From: the human T2T-CHM13v2.0 reference genome, Homo sapiens | Reading direction: 5' to 3' (one strand) | DNA: 64,000 nucleotides | NCBI RefSeq assembly: GCF_009914755.1 | Contig: NC_060927.1 | Part shown: positions 10,250-24,112 of the stretch, piece by piece | Layout: each line of letters begins with the position of its first letter | Position numbering within the stretch: position 1 is the first letter of the stretch | Notes under the pieces: model-generated | What the model was told of the DNA's origin: nothing | Seen by the model: the letters and a program-made list of their open reading frames with translations, nothing else | Database searches by the model: none | Program-made: the position numbers and the translations under genes

Positions 10250-10795
10250 TTTCTATTAATATAAACAAATCACCTCAAACTTTATGACTTAACATGAAAG
10301 TCATTTATTATTCAACAGTTTCTGTAGGTCAGGAGTCCAGGCATAGCTTACCTGGGTCCACTGCCCAGGGTCTCAAAAAAGTTGCAGTAAGGTATCAAAC
10401 AGGCCTTCAGACCCATTTGAGCTTGGGGTCTCCTTCCAACCTCATGTGGCTGTTGGCAGAATTCACTTTCTTGTAGCTGTGTAAGTTATGGTGCCTTTCT
10501 TCTTCAAGGCCAAAAGGAAAATATCTCTGAGCTCAAGGAAAGCCTAACCAATCTTTTAAAGGGGCTCATTTGATTTGGTTAAGTCCTACTGAGAATAATA
10601 ACCCCTTCGATTAAATCAAAATAAAACTGATTTGGGGCCTTAATTACATCTGCAAAATCTCTTCACCTTTGCCATATGATATAATGTAATTATTGGAGTG
10701 ACTTCCATCAAATTCACAGGTAATTCCTACATTCAAGGGGAGAGATATGCATATCAGAGGGTAGTAATATTTGGGTCATCTTTGAATTTTACTTA
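10250..10795 (-). mobile_element. MLT1 (MaLR) LTR
   Basis: ACAGTTTCTGTAGGTCAGGAGTCCAGGCATAGCTTA...CTTAATTACATCTGCAAAATC, typical antisense MLT1. Confidence 0.8.
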
Positions 10796-11400
10796 CTTAA
10801 CCTAGTTAATTGTTTTAGATTATATCTGATATGTCCTTTGCATCTTCCTTGCCTTTAATTTCTGAAGACTCACTGACATTAAAAGTTTAGAAATCCTGAG
10901 AGCTTTAAAAATGAAATGGCTAAAAAGTTTGAGATCCTTAGAAATGCCCAGATTGGAACTTGAAATACAATACTATCGGAAATAAAATAAAGCTCTAGAA
11001 AAGACTGAAGAAAAAAAAAACCAACCTTACTTCTTGCTATTTATTAGAGCAAAGGGTGTTTCTACGAACTATATAAAGTAGGGTCAAGATGTTCTTCTTT
11101 GGAATGGGCTGGAAATATCCCAGTGCTTTCATGAAGCCTCTGGGTTTCATCAAGATGACATATTTTAAGTCTTTATAAATCTATCATTTCCTGGATTTTT
11201 TTCATCTTTTAAAAATATATAGTACAAAATACATTTAGTATATTCTGTCAAATTAGATCATCTCCCTTAAACTGGAAAGGTGTGGTTAATACATTAAACA
11301 CAAGCATTTATTCTTTCATTTTCTATAACATTGAATAAAAAGAAATAGTGTAGTATATGGGTTTCTAGCTCACAATGAACACTGTTCACACTTTTTTTAG

Positions 11401-11884
<484 letters not shown>

Positions 11885-13329
11885 TAGAGAAAGGAAAATA
11901 TTTACCATCCTATGCCTCTGCTTCCAACACAATGTATGTGATATACATTCCCAATTCCAGAATAAAAAATAATCTCTCAATTTATTCTTATAAAAGGCTC
12001 GTGTGGAAAATTGCAAAAGAGATTGGGACATCAATTTGATCTCTAGGAGAGAATAAGCAGAAAAGTTGAATTAGCTTTGCTTTCTTTGGCTAATTTCCAT
12101 TCCTCCCTCCTCCATTCCAAAAACAAATGGCATAAGATAGCTTATCCGATAGAAATTCACTCATTTACTTCTTACTTCACCTCCATTGGCATCTGTGACT
12201 ACAGTAAATTTCCCTTTAGTTCACTGCGGGTCAAGGACCATAGAAAACTATTCAGAACTTAGGGTGAGATGATCAGTAAGAAAAAACTATTACTAAATGG
12301 ACTTTGAATTATTGGTTACCTTATAGGATTCTGGTGTGACTGCTTAAAAAGAAAAGAAAAAGAAAAAAAATGAAAAAGAAAGGAAGTAAATGGAGGGAAT
12401 CAGAGAAGAATGTATTAATTACTTGGAAAAATCATGTTACATTGATCATATTCAAACACTATTCTCTCAAGGACTAGCTCACTATGCATAACATTTACAG
12501 TGTTACACAGGACTGTATCCTTGGAGAAAACTCTCAGTTCTTTCTTCAATTCACAGTCCCTTGTATATTATATAAATCTTTATATACAGTAATAGTCAGG
12601 AATCCAAGTAATCTATCATATTTGATCAAGACAAGCATAAATCATTTATTCATGATTTACCATTCCTAGCTTGAGTCATTGATTCATCTCCAGACAAGAC
12701 AAGGTCAGTACCAAAAAAAAGATTAAGCTCCTTGCCCTTAGGAGAGAACAGCTTAACCAACAAATTCATCTTCACATCTGACCTCATGAATCTTGACACT
12801 GGGAGTACTGTGAGAATAAAAATAGCCCTTCTAGACGGCTCTTTAAATGGAAATGTCCGTATAAGAGTAAAAATACAGAGTGGAAGAATTAATGATGAAA
12901 ATATGATGGGTGTGTCATCCTGATCCTCACAATAGGACAATCTGATTCAACTAACATACAGTTACCTGTACTTAACAGAATTTATTTTTAATATGTTTGC
13001 CACACCAATTCATGGCTTTTGCAGCTTTACTTCTTCCCAGTCTCCTATCCTGTGGCACCTCATTTATCACATATACCATTAGCTCATTTGCGTAGTGATG
13101 CTTAGCTATGAGTTAGGAAAAGTGAGGGGTGGGAAAATAGTAGTATCTTTTAAATCTCTCAGTATGATGCCACAACAAACAATAATCAAATAGGCATCAA
13201 TAATAGGCTTCTAACCCCGACTATCAGGGTCAGTGCAGTCTTTGGCTCTATTAATTCTTGTTCTGCTTCCCCACCTAACTTTTGCCCTTATTTCAAACAC
13301 ACAGGCATAAACAGAGTAAACTTGTATAC

Positions 13330-13676
13330 TGTCTTAGCTCAGGCTGCTGTAACAAAATACCATAGATTGGGTGACTTTAACAACAGACATTCATTTTTTC
13401 ACAGCTCTGGAACCTGGGAAGTCCTTGGTCAAAATGCCGGCCTGTTTGGTTTCAGTTGAGGGCCCTCTTCCTGCTTTGCAGATGACTACATTCTTGCTGT
13501 GACTTACAGCATAAAGAGAGGGCTCTGTTCTCTCTTCTTCTTGTTATAAGGACACTTATCCCAGCATGGAGGGTACCAAGCTAATTCCCTCCCAAAGGCC
13601 AGCTTCTAAATACCGTATCATCAGGGGTTACAGCTTCAACATATACATTTTGAAAAGAGGCAAATCAGTCTACAGC
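13330..13676 (-). mobile_element. MLT1A/B-like MaLR LTR
   Basis: TGTCTTAGCTCAGGCTGCTGTAACAAAATACCATAGATTGGGTG start; TTCAACATATACATTTTG near the end. Confidence 0.82.
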
Positions 13677-14120
13677 ACATACCCACAGTCACATGGCATA
13701 TGTATTGCCTTAAATGTTGAAAATATTCTTGCAAATACATCTGATAATTCTGTTTTCTGCTCAAAAGTGTTTGGATGGCTGAGTTGATTTTTCATGGTGT
13801 TCCGGATAATTTCCAACTTTCTTAACATAAGAATACAAGACAGTTTTACTACCTGACTCCAATTTACTTGATTTCTATATTTTCCTTCCTTCTATTATTC
13901 TCATTTTGTGCTTCACAATGTGTTTTTTTAACCTTCCCTCAAAATGTTTGATTTTTTTCTATGCCTTTGCATATACTGTCCCATCTCCTTGATACGCCCA
14001 TCCATCCCTTGGTATTGGGATAAACCCTTATTCATCCTTTTAAACTGAGTTTCTAACCTCTCCTTTTTCCCAATGGAGTTACTCTTATCTTTAATTCTAT
14101 CCCATTTTTTCCACACTTTT

Positions 14121-14466
14121 TTTTTTTTATTATACTTTAAGTTCTAGGATACATGTGCACAACATGCAGGTTTGTTACATATGTATACATGTGCCATGTT
14201 GGTGTGCTCCACCCTTTTTAAAAACCGTAGAAGAAAACCTAGGCGATACCATTCAGGACATAGGCATGGGCAAGGACTTCATGACTAAAACACCAAAAGC
14301 AATGGCAACAAAAGCCAAAATTGACAAACGGGATCTAATTAAACTAAAGAGCTTCTGCACAGCAAAGAAACTACCATCAGAGTGAACAGACAACCTACAG
14401 AATGGGAGAAAATTTTTGCAATCTACTCATCTGAAAAAGGGCTAATATCCAGAATCTACAAAGAAC
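14121..14466 (-). mobile_element. L1PA insertion, 5'-truncated with 5' inversion
   Basis: PolyT plus antisense 3' UTR end (to ~14214) joined to a sense ORF2 fragment (~14220-14466); TSD TTTCCACACTTTT at 14108-14120 and 14467-14479. Confidence 0.95.
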
Positions 14467-14884
14467 TTTCCACACTTTTATTACAACACTGAAGCTATGA
14501 ATTTTGCCATTACTTTATGTGCCTATCTCTCCAACTGGACTGTGGTTCCCTTGAGGAGTAATTTCTAACAAAACTTTTTAATTTGGCGAACTCATACCCG
14601 TGCCTGATTCAAGGTAACACTCGGTATATGAAAAAAGGAAGAATGAATGGATGAATGAATGAGCCATTAACTTAGGCCACACAGAGAAGTATGAGACCAG
14701 TTGTTTCTTGGTACTTCTTGGCCCTAAAAATACTTGCTTCTTTCACACTATCCGCTCTTCTTAATCTGTTCAGTTTTGCCTGTGTTTGTGCTACTCCAGC
14801 CTTGCAAACCTGCTACTTAGCTACATCCTCCCTTACTTCCTATTGCGAGAGATCTTGATGCTGTATGTTACCTAAGCACCTAAG

Positions 14885-15040
14885 CAGTGTTTCCCAAACT
14901 TACTTAACCATAAATCTTAACCAGGATGCTTATTAAAGATACAAATTCTTGAGTATAACCTCAAACCTACTGAATATGAAACTGCAGGAAATGAGCTCAG
15001 TTATCTGCGTTTTTAAACATGCTCCTCAGATAATTCTGAA
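14885..15040. mobile_element. MER5 (hAT-Charlie MITE)
   Basis: CAGTGTTTCCCAAACTT...ACCTACTGAAT...TCTGCGTTTTTAAACATGCTCCTCAGATAATTCTGA. Confidence 0.75.
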
Positions 15041-15742
15041 GAAGGTAAGTGAGAATAACATGAATGGAGAGTAAAACAGGGATGTCTCGCCTGTTTGGTA
15101 TAACTGCTTCCTCTAGTGCCCACTTGTCTTTAGCTTGGGACCTTATTAAGCAATAGTTCAGCTTCCTCAAATCTAGAAAGAACCCTCTCACTTGAATGTT
15201 TTTCCTAATGTTGGTTCTTTGGGCTTTTAGGGAAATTAAAAATCCCTCCAATGCACCTCCAGCCACTCCATACTACTTTCCCCATACGCAAGCCACTGCA
15301 GAAGCTTTATCCTGCTGACTCTACTCCTAGATGCTCTCTGAATTTCTGTTTCACAGGTTCTGTAACAATGAATGGCTGCTGCTAAATCCTAGACCAACTC
15401 TGGGTATTGGCAGTCTGCAAACCGATTCTTATGAGGTGTGACAGTTCTTGCTCTGTGGGTTTATCCTCAATCAGACTAGACTCTGAGGATGTATGGATTC
15501 TCCATAGAAAGTACAGATTGGGTGTCACTCAGGGTTAAAAATGAGGATGAAGACTAAGTACTTAACATAGATTCTGGCACAGAGAAAGCACTCAATAAAT
15601 ATTATGAATTAGTGATATATCTATTGTTGGATGGATGACATATACTATTCTTCTTCCTTTGATTCTAGCCCAAGGAAACCCATACTATATAGGTTTTTAA
15701 ACTAAATTCTTAGAAATGTGAAAATAACCTAATTGTATATAC

Positions 15743-15852
15743 TAGTTATACACTAAGATTAACTTTGATTAATTACAAATTATAGATGTATATAAAATAT
15801 CTATACAGCTATAATTTGTAATTAATCAAAGCTAATTTTAGCATTATAACTA
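15743..15852. repeat. AT-rich inverted repeat (~50-bp arms, ~9-nt loop)
   Basis: CTTTGATTAATTACAAATTATAG perfectly complementary to CTATAATTTGTAATTAATCAAAG, with imperfect extension both ways. Confidence 0.92.
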
Positions 15853-15957
15853 AAGCTCCAGGTGTTTACCTAACCGTGTTAGACTTACAGGGGCCATAAA
15901 CTCATTTTGATGATCCAGTAGGCATATAGATGCTTTAAGAACACTTTTATGAATACG

Positions 15958-16400
15958 TATTCATTAGCTATTACTGTATAACAAACAATCCCAAAACTGT
16001 GTGGCTTAAAACATCTACCATTTATTATTTTTCATGAATCTGTGAATTGGCTGGGTGATCTGACTTAGGCTGAACTTGGATGAGTTAGGCTGGGCTCACT
16101 CATATATTTGTGGCCAGCTTGGGGGTTGCTAGGGATAGTCTAGTTGTCTAGTATTATCTCAACTGAGATTGCTTATCTTATCCTATAGAAGAGTATCCCA
16201 GGTTTGTTCAAATGGTGTTCACAGGAGTCCAGGGGAGAAAAGATGCATGCAAGGTCTCTTTACCTAGGTTTGGCACTGATACAATGTCATTTTTATGATA
16301 TTTCATGGGTCAGAACAAGTTACAAGTTTATCCCAGACCTAAGGGGTGAGAAAGACTTCATCTTTTGATGGGAGTTGCTGAAAAGTTATTTAAAAGAATA
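15958..16400 (-). mobile_element. MLT1 (MaLR) LTR, old
   Basis: GCTATTACTGTATAACAAACAATCCCAAAAC..GTGGCTTAAAAC; CTTTTGATGGGAGTTGCTG. Confidence 0.75.
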
Positions 16401-16516
16401 CAGTGAAACTATTATTTAAAGTTGTTAATGCAATCAATCTGCAATGTTAGTCATTGTGGCAAAATGTCTCACTGTTTGGGTTCTGGAATTATTTATATAA
16501 AAAAATTAGGTTCTGA

Positions 16517-16920
16517 ACCCAAATGTCCAACAATGATAGACTGGATTAAGAAAATGTGGCACATATACACCATGGAATACTATGCAGCCATAAAAAGTGA
16601 TGAGTTCATGTCTTTGTAGGGACATGGATGAAGCCAGAAACCATCATTCTCAGCAAACTATCGCAAGGACAAAAAACCAAACACCGCATGTTCTCACTCA
16701 TAGGTGGGAATTGAACAATGAGAACACGTGGACACAGCAAGGGGAACATCATACACTGGGCCTGTTGTGGGGTGGGGGAGGGGGGAGGGATAGCATTTGG
16801 AGATATACCTAATATTAAATGATGAGTTACTGGGTGCGGCACACCAACATGGCACATGTATACATATGTAACTAACCTGCACATTGTGCACATGTACCCT
16901 AAAACTTAAAGTATGATAAA
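16517..16920 (+). mobile_element. L1PA (young, PA3-5-like) 3' end
   Basis: ORF2 C-terminus (CPTMIDWIKKMWHIYTMEYYAAIK), G-rich 3' UTR; TSD AAAAAATTAGGTTCTGA on both sides. Confidence 0.95.
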
Positions 16921-17105
16921 AAAAAATTAGGTTCTGAGCTAAGATCAAAATAATGTCTTTTGACTCTGTTATCACTGAAATATAAGAAAGCTATCAAAAC
17001 CTTCAGACAATCATTTACTTATCTTTAAAATCATAATATAAATCTCATGATTTATGGGTTATCAATATTAATATAGTTATTAATAATATTATATAAGATA
17101 AATCA

Positions 17106-17385
17106 GGACAAGTGGGATGGCTCACAACTATAATCCCAGCATCTTGGGAGGCCAAGGCAGGTAAATCACTTGAGTCCAGGAGTTCGAGGCCAGCCTAAGC
17201 AACTTGGCAAACCCTCATCTCTACAAAAAATACAAAAATTATCCCTGCTTGGTGGCACACGCCTGTGATCCCAGCTACCAGAGAGGCTGAAAAAACAGGT
17301 CCAAGGGAGAAAAGATGCGTGCAAGTTCTTTTGCCTGGAAGACAGAGGTACACCCTGTCTCAAAAATGAATAAATAAATAAAAAT
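17106..17385 (+). mobile_element. AluJ-like with right-arm replacement
   Basis: Alu left arm and tail; TSD ATTATATAAGATAAATCAG at 17088-17106 and 17384-17402; non-Alu segment at 17291-17333. Confidence 0.9.
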
Positions 17386-18714
17386 TATATAAGATAAATC
17401 AGTGAGCACCTACCATCGTGCCTGGAAAAAGATAAATCTATAGATAAATATGAGATTTGATGGAAGTAAAAATAACAGATTGTGGCTTTTATTTGGTTTC
17501 TTTATAAAATGTATTAACTAGACTCACAATTGTTTTTTCTTTAGTTTCCTCCATATATTGCCATTCTACTGGTTTTTCATGATATTAAAATTATTTGGTA
17601 ATCTTCTTCAATATCATTCATCCTTCTGAAACATTAATTTTCCAACTAATTATTTCATCTTGACAGATGAGTAAGCACCTTTGTTCTTTTTATCAATGGG
17701 GCTTTGCATTTTTAAGAAACAAAAATGATATCTGGCTAATTTAAACAGAAAGGAAATGTGTTCAAAGAATAGTGAAACACTCATAGAATTGACAAAAGTG
17801 TTGGGAAAGCAAAGTCAGAAAATGAAGGCAGAAAAGTCCAGGAAAGTCACATCAGAAACAGTTTTCAATAACACTGGTTAAACTCAAATGCTCTTGACTA
17901 CACTGTGGGTGCTTATGAATAATTTTTAACTCTCCTCTGAGCCTCACATCAAACCCTCAAGATTTAAAGCCCTTTGCAGGAATATCTGATTGACTGAGGC
18001 TAGGTCACACAGCCCCACTACGGCTGTCAGATAACTGAAAGAGGGACTGTTTGTCCGCTTCTGCTTTTCACTGTAGAAAGCCAGGCCCTGCGGTTAAGCT
18101 TTCTTAGGATCCCAATCAATAAAAACGATGTTTGGATGCTGGGCAGACTAAAATAAATGCCTACTGTAATCTACTCCTTTACATGCTCAATATCAATTCA
18201 TCACATTATAGTTCAAAAAAGAATTCTATGCTCTAGCATAAAGTAAAAGTATCTTATATACATTTACACTGTTTCCAAAGACAGGCACCTGATAGTTCAT
18301 CCTGTTTAATATCCATCCCTGTCCTACACCTGCTGTGATTCCCACCTCAATATTCTGAAACCTGAGTATGGAGGGAAATTGAGACATTAACCATCACAAT
18401 GTTCTATAGTGGTAAAGAGGAAGAGAAAAGTAAAATATCTGTATAAAAAGTAAATATGCAGATTTTAGTGAGAAAGTAAGTATGAACAGAAGCTGTAGTT
18501 TTATATTATGTAAATTATTTATGTCATAGTGCAATTGACTATAAATTATAGTATTTATAATTTTCTTTTTATATTATGAATTCCATATTCACATCATCCT
18601 AGGCAAAACAACCTTCTTTTTATCTGTTTGTCCCAAGTCATATGAAACTCAAAATGGTATTTAATAAGCATTGCAATGTGCCTTCATGAAAGCATCTCTT
18701 TTGAATACTATTAA

Positions 18715-19243
18715 TTATTTATTGATTCATAAAAATTACCCTAGAACTTAGCAAATTCGAACAATAGCACTAGTTATCTCATACCTCACAGGAATTCAGG
18801 TACAACTTAGCTGGGTCAGCTTACTAGGGTGCCTCACAAAGCTGCACTCAAGATGTTGGCTATGTTGTAGTCTCATCTGAAGGCTCTAGTAGGGGAAGAC
18901 CCATTTCAAGCTAACTTATGTGATTGTGGGAAGAATTCAGTTCTTCATGGGCTGCTGGACTCAGTCCCTTTCCACGTGGGCCTGTTGAGAGATGGGGAGC
19001 TTACAACATGACATCTGCCTTCCATTAGAAGCAAGTAAGGGAACAAGAGTGGTAAGCAAGATTAAAGCCAGAGTCATTTTGTAACCTAAGCTTTAAATGG
19101 CATCCCATCACTTTTGCTGTATTCTATTCATTTGAACTAAGTCATTAGGTCCAGAACACACTCACGGGGAAGTAATTATGCTAGGTTGTTCAACGCCAAG
19201 AGGCATGGGTCACTGGAAGCAATTTTAGAAACTGACTACCACT
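18715..19243 (-). mobile_element. MLT1 (MaLR) LTR
   Basis: CAGGAATTCAGGTACAACTTAGCTGGGTC...CATCCCATCACTTTTGCTGTATTCTATT...CTGACTACCAC. Confidence 0.75.
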
Positions 19244-21779
19244 AGTACTTAGATCTGTAACCAGCAGATCACAGTCTTGGGTATAGAAAGCAAAATTTGC
19301 TCAAGTAGGTCATTAGTTATAATTATGACAAGCATCATTCCTACTTACATGCTCTGGTTCCGGATACAGGTATTATGGCTGTGGAAGAAACAACATGTAT
19401 TACTTCCTGATTAAGAACATATATCTTACTTGTCAAGTCAGTAATTCAAACAGGAGTCTCAAAGCTAGTGACAGAACTGCAATAAGCTGTTCTATCATTC
19501 TGTAAGTTTAGGAAATGTGATATAAGAGAAATCTAAAAAATATGATATAAGAAAACACCAGTGGCTTCCATGAGCACCAAAACAATGCTTTATTTATTTC
19601 ATTGTTAAAATTTATTTCTCAGAAGAAATATTTTTCTATATATTGGATGATGTATAAAGACATTCAATCAGTCCACATATTGCAAGGCTGGCAGAAACCT
19701 GATGGGCAGGGAAAGTAAATCTAAATTCAGTACCTATTTCAGTGAAGGAAAAATGGTTTACTGTGCCAAGAATCTGGTAGAACAAATGATCACATTACCA
19801 TCACCAGGCTGGTCCCCATGGGAAGTGGCACTTCCCTAGAGAATCAGAGTTGTTACCTGCTGCTGCCAATGAGCACTTCTTGATTGTAGCAACAATGTCA
19901 TCTCTGAACTTGGCCTCGGTGTCTCTGGCCATTTGCTCATGTGCCTATTGAGTGAAGATAGGGGTTAAGCTGGAGACTGTGGGAGAAAGCCTATTGACAT
20001 CCAGAAACAATTTATCATTTTACTCTGACTATGAACAAGCTTTTCTGAAGTTTAGGTGTTTTGCAGTAGAATATTTTCATGGGACCCAACTATTCTTACA
20101 TTCTGGGTCTGTTCTGAAGGGTAAAGCCTTGTACCTATCTTCATACTTTTTTTGTCAATAATTTATCTATCTTAATTCTTCCAGATCCCTTGACTTTGGC
20201 TAAACCATCAGCCATTGCTTTCAAACTGTTAAGAAGCTTCAATTCAGGCAACACCTCTTTCTAGGAAAAAGCAGGTAAAAAGCCAAACCAAACAAAAAAA
20301 CACAAACTGGAAACTTAAAAAAAAAATACTGTGAGGATTCACCTTATCCCTTCCCTTTCAGAATTACACCAAAGTGTTGTAGCACTATTCCTGGGAAGAC
20401 CTATACTTAGGTGTCTAAGAAAAATACAAAATAGAGCCTAATATACAGATGGCTTTGCAAGCTATATTAACACAAGTTAGGTATCTATCCTCATGCATTC
20501 AAAGCTGGAGCCTCAGTTAAAATATTACAATACCATTTCTTCTTTTAAAAAAGGCGAAAGAGATGCAAAGTACATGAATTGGTCCTTCTGTTTTGAGGGA
20601 ATACTCAGTCCCTAAATTTCTCCCATCTCTTCACTCTTTTGGGTGAAAGTTGTGTTTTCAACTATGAAGGTAGACAAAATACAGGCCATATAGGTCATAT
20701 AAAGTCATCCAGGATGCTACTTTCATGCTTTACTGTTTCTATCAGAATTAGGACATTAATGTAGGGATCTGCATATTCTACCACAAAATTATTAGATGAT
20801 TAAGTTTTCCCCAGAGGTGGAAATTTGAAATAACATTGATGCAAGATGGTAAAGGTATAGCAAACCTCCTTTCCAGACAAAAGCACAATGGGATAGAAAA
20901 AAAATTCAAATTAAAAGCTGGGCAACATTTATCTGGAGTCGTATTAATTAGGAGAAAAAAACCTACCACAGCACATATAATCAGATTCATTTGCTGATTA
21001 AGTAACTATAATCATGTGTTATTTTCCATGATACTCCTCCAACTTTTGTGCTCAGCCCAAAGTTTAAGTGGAGTTGTGATAGAAATCACTATTTTGTATC
21101 TTCAAGTTATTAATGATGGTGTTAATTACTAAAGTAATTAATGTAATGTAACCCATAGAGATGTACAAATGCTTTTGATTTACTATTTTTTGTAGAAAAG
21201 GGGCCTCCACTTGATATTTTCTGTGAAATATTCCCACATCATATTGTCTACCAAATTAACTCACTCTTATCACACAACTCGGAACCAAAGTGGGGATTTT
21301 TCTAATTCCCTAAAGTATCTCCTAAAGATATAATCTATTTTGACTAGCTATTTGGGGAAAATATGAAAAAGAATTGTTCAGGATTCCACTGAGCCACATT
21401 CCCTTCTTCATTTAATTTCTTGGGCCCCCAATCTGCTGGATAATCACAGTGGAATTCTACAACTCCAGGAAACTTCTGTTATTTCACACCCAGTGATCAA
21501 TAAAACCCAAAATGTTTGGATATTTTCTGTTCTCTAGTACAGAGTTTTCCTTATAGATGATTCCAGATCTTAAAGGAAAGATAAGAGAAAGATTAAGCAA
21601 GCACATATTTGATGTGATTTCAGAGTATTTCCCAAATTGTTCTGGCTTCTTCGTAGCATAAAGGACTTTGGTTTGAGTACTCATTCAGATAGCGGAATTG
21701 GGATGAACGTCAGCAACAATCTAATTTTGTGATTCAAGTCAGGCTTCACTAACTAAATCTCTCTCTTTTTCAAAAAATT

Positions 21780-22360
21780 GCTAGCTACTCACCAAAACAG
21801 ATTTCCTTTTCTCCCTTGGCCCACAGCAAGGTGATAGTTCCAGCTTTTTCTGAAATTGCATGTGGCTACATGACTGAATTCTAGTCAACTGAATAGTATC
21901 ATAACTGATGTTTGCCACTTGCTGGTTTAACCCACAAAATCCTCTTCCATGGACTCCTTCACAGTCTGTTCCCTTTGAGTAACGCAGGGTGCCCTGTGGA
22001 AGCTACTCGTTGGAGTTGGCAGAGGCACCATCAGCCTGGGTCAGTGAATGGCTTTTGGGCACCCTCACCTTTAACCTGAAGAAATCATTTTTTTCTCTAA
22101 CCTGAAGAAATCATTTCTTAAAAAAAATAGAAGAAGAAAATTGTCATTCCTTCCTACCATTTACATTTTAGTATCCAGATTTTTAATTTGTATCTATTTA
22201 ATTTGTAAACATAATAGGGTATACATATTCTGGAATAATTGTGCACATTCTAATTGTGCATATTTTATGTCCAGGTTGAAGAGTTCCCTGAACCTACAGC
22301 CAGGACCACCTTGGAGTCTTATTTGGGCAAGAACTAAATTTTGTGGTGTTAAGCCATTAT
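21780..22360 (+). mobile_element. LTR16-like ERVL LTR (interrupted)
   Basis: TGTGGCTACATGACTGAATTCTAGTCAA; CCATCAGCCTGGGTC; TGTGGTGTTAAGCCATT. Confidence 0.6.
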
Positions 22361-22380
22361 CTATATTTACATTATACATA

Positions 22381-22384
<4 letters not shown>

Positions 22385-22417
<33 letters not shown>
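22385..22417. repeat. (TA)n microsatellite
   Basis: About 16 TA units. Confidence 0.95.
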
Positions 22418-22419
<2 letters not shown>

Positions 22420-23681
22420 TATATTTTTAGCATGTTTAGAGGGTGTATGTGTGTATTTGGCATCTACCTACATGACTAATATAAGCTTTAGTGTATTTCT
22501 CACATGTAGGGATTCTAAGAATCTCCATGACCAATTAGGAACCACCGAAGATCTCAGACCATTCCAATTATCACAGATATTTTCCTCCTCTCATGGTAAC
22601 CATGACCACTTTGTCTTTGAATCATATCAGGGAGCTCATTTCAATTGCATTTTCTCCCACTAATATATGGTGATTATTAAACAAAAAAAAAATTTTAAAG
22701 CACTTTTCAAAAATTCTTACATGCACCTCATTGTCTTTTCTGAGTCATTTGGGAAACACAGTAAAAGAGTAGGTCACAAATGATAAATGTTTTCTAGCAT
22801 TTCTGACCACTAAATCTTTGAATTCCATGATACCAAGAAAAATATCTCATTTCAACTTCATTTTTTATGTATTCTTACTGAGTTCAGGTTTTGGTAAATA
22901 AGCTGTATAATTAAAATATGTCCAGGTGTTAGCATGTGCACAATATATCCTATTATGTCTACAAATTAAATAGATATGAATTAAAAATCTGAATAATGAA
23001 ATGTAAGAGGTAGGAAATAAAGACAATTTTCTTTCTTTTATTTAAAGAAATTATTTCTTCAGGTTAAAGGAAAAACAGCTGCACCAGGCAAGGGAGGGAA
23101 GAAGAACTGCTTCAAATAGCAAGGAACACTGTGTGGAGTTTGGGATTCAGGGTATACAACATACTCTACATCATTGCATATAGGCCCAATACCAGTTCTT
23201 GGACTCATATCATATTCTAATCAAAGCTCTAACTTTCCCAGAAAAGAACTGGTGATTAATTGAATTCAACTAGTATTATAATTTGGCAGACTATATATTC
23301 AACTGTTGCATTTGATTCTTGGCTCCTGTAGTCCTACAAATATAGCTATAGCATGATCACAGAAAATTTGTGTACTTTCATGCTGTGAATTAAGAATTTA
23401 GGATTTTGAGCTTGTCATTCTCATTTTTAAGCCGTGCATTGTCCTAAAAAAATAGCCAATGAACTCCATTGTTCCAGAAGTCCTCTTTTCTTTCTCATTA
23501 TTTTAAAGTAGAGGCAACTCAGTTTTATAAAGCCTTGCTTTCAAAGGACATTTGATTCCAGAGGAACACCACTGATAATTCAATTAGAAAATTTATTGTT
23601 GCAAGTTCCAGTCCAGCAGAATCATATTCCTGAACACCAGCAGGATTTTCTTCAGCTTCAGGCCCAAAGAGGCAAGATAAC

Positions 23682-24112
23682 TGTCTTAGTTTGTGTGTGT
23701 CGCTATAAAAGAATATTAGAGGCTGGGTATTTTATAAAGAAAATAGGTTTATTTGGCTTGTACTTCTTTAGGCTGTACAAGAAGCATAGCACCATCATCT
23801 TCTTCTGGTGAAGAACTCAGGCTACTTCCATGCACAGAAGGAAAGTGAAAAGGAGCTGGCATGTGCAGATTACATAGAAAGAAAAGAACAGGAGAGAAAG
23901 AGGAGGAGATATCAGTCTCTTTTCAACAACCAGATCCCATGGGACTAAGAGTGAGAACTCACTCACTCCCATGAGAATGGCACAGAAAACATTTATGAGT
24001 AACCTGCCCCTGTAATCTAAACACCTCCCACCATGTCCCACCTCCAACATTGAAGATCATAATTCAACATGAGACTTGGTGGGGCCAAATAAACCATATT
24101 CACATGATAGCA
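23682..24112 (-). mobile_element. MST (MaLR) LTR
   Basis: TGT...CA ends; GGCTGTACAAGAAGCATAGCACC; CCCACCTCCAACATTG; near-TSD ATAAC/ATAAT. Confidence 0.88.

Noticed and set aside
12650-12940. Overlapping 96-aa and 63-aa ORFs in unique DNA
   Set aside because: No recognisable domain, non-ATG starts, and no convincing exon structure; consistent with chance.
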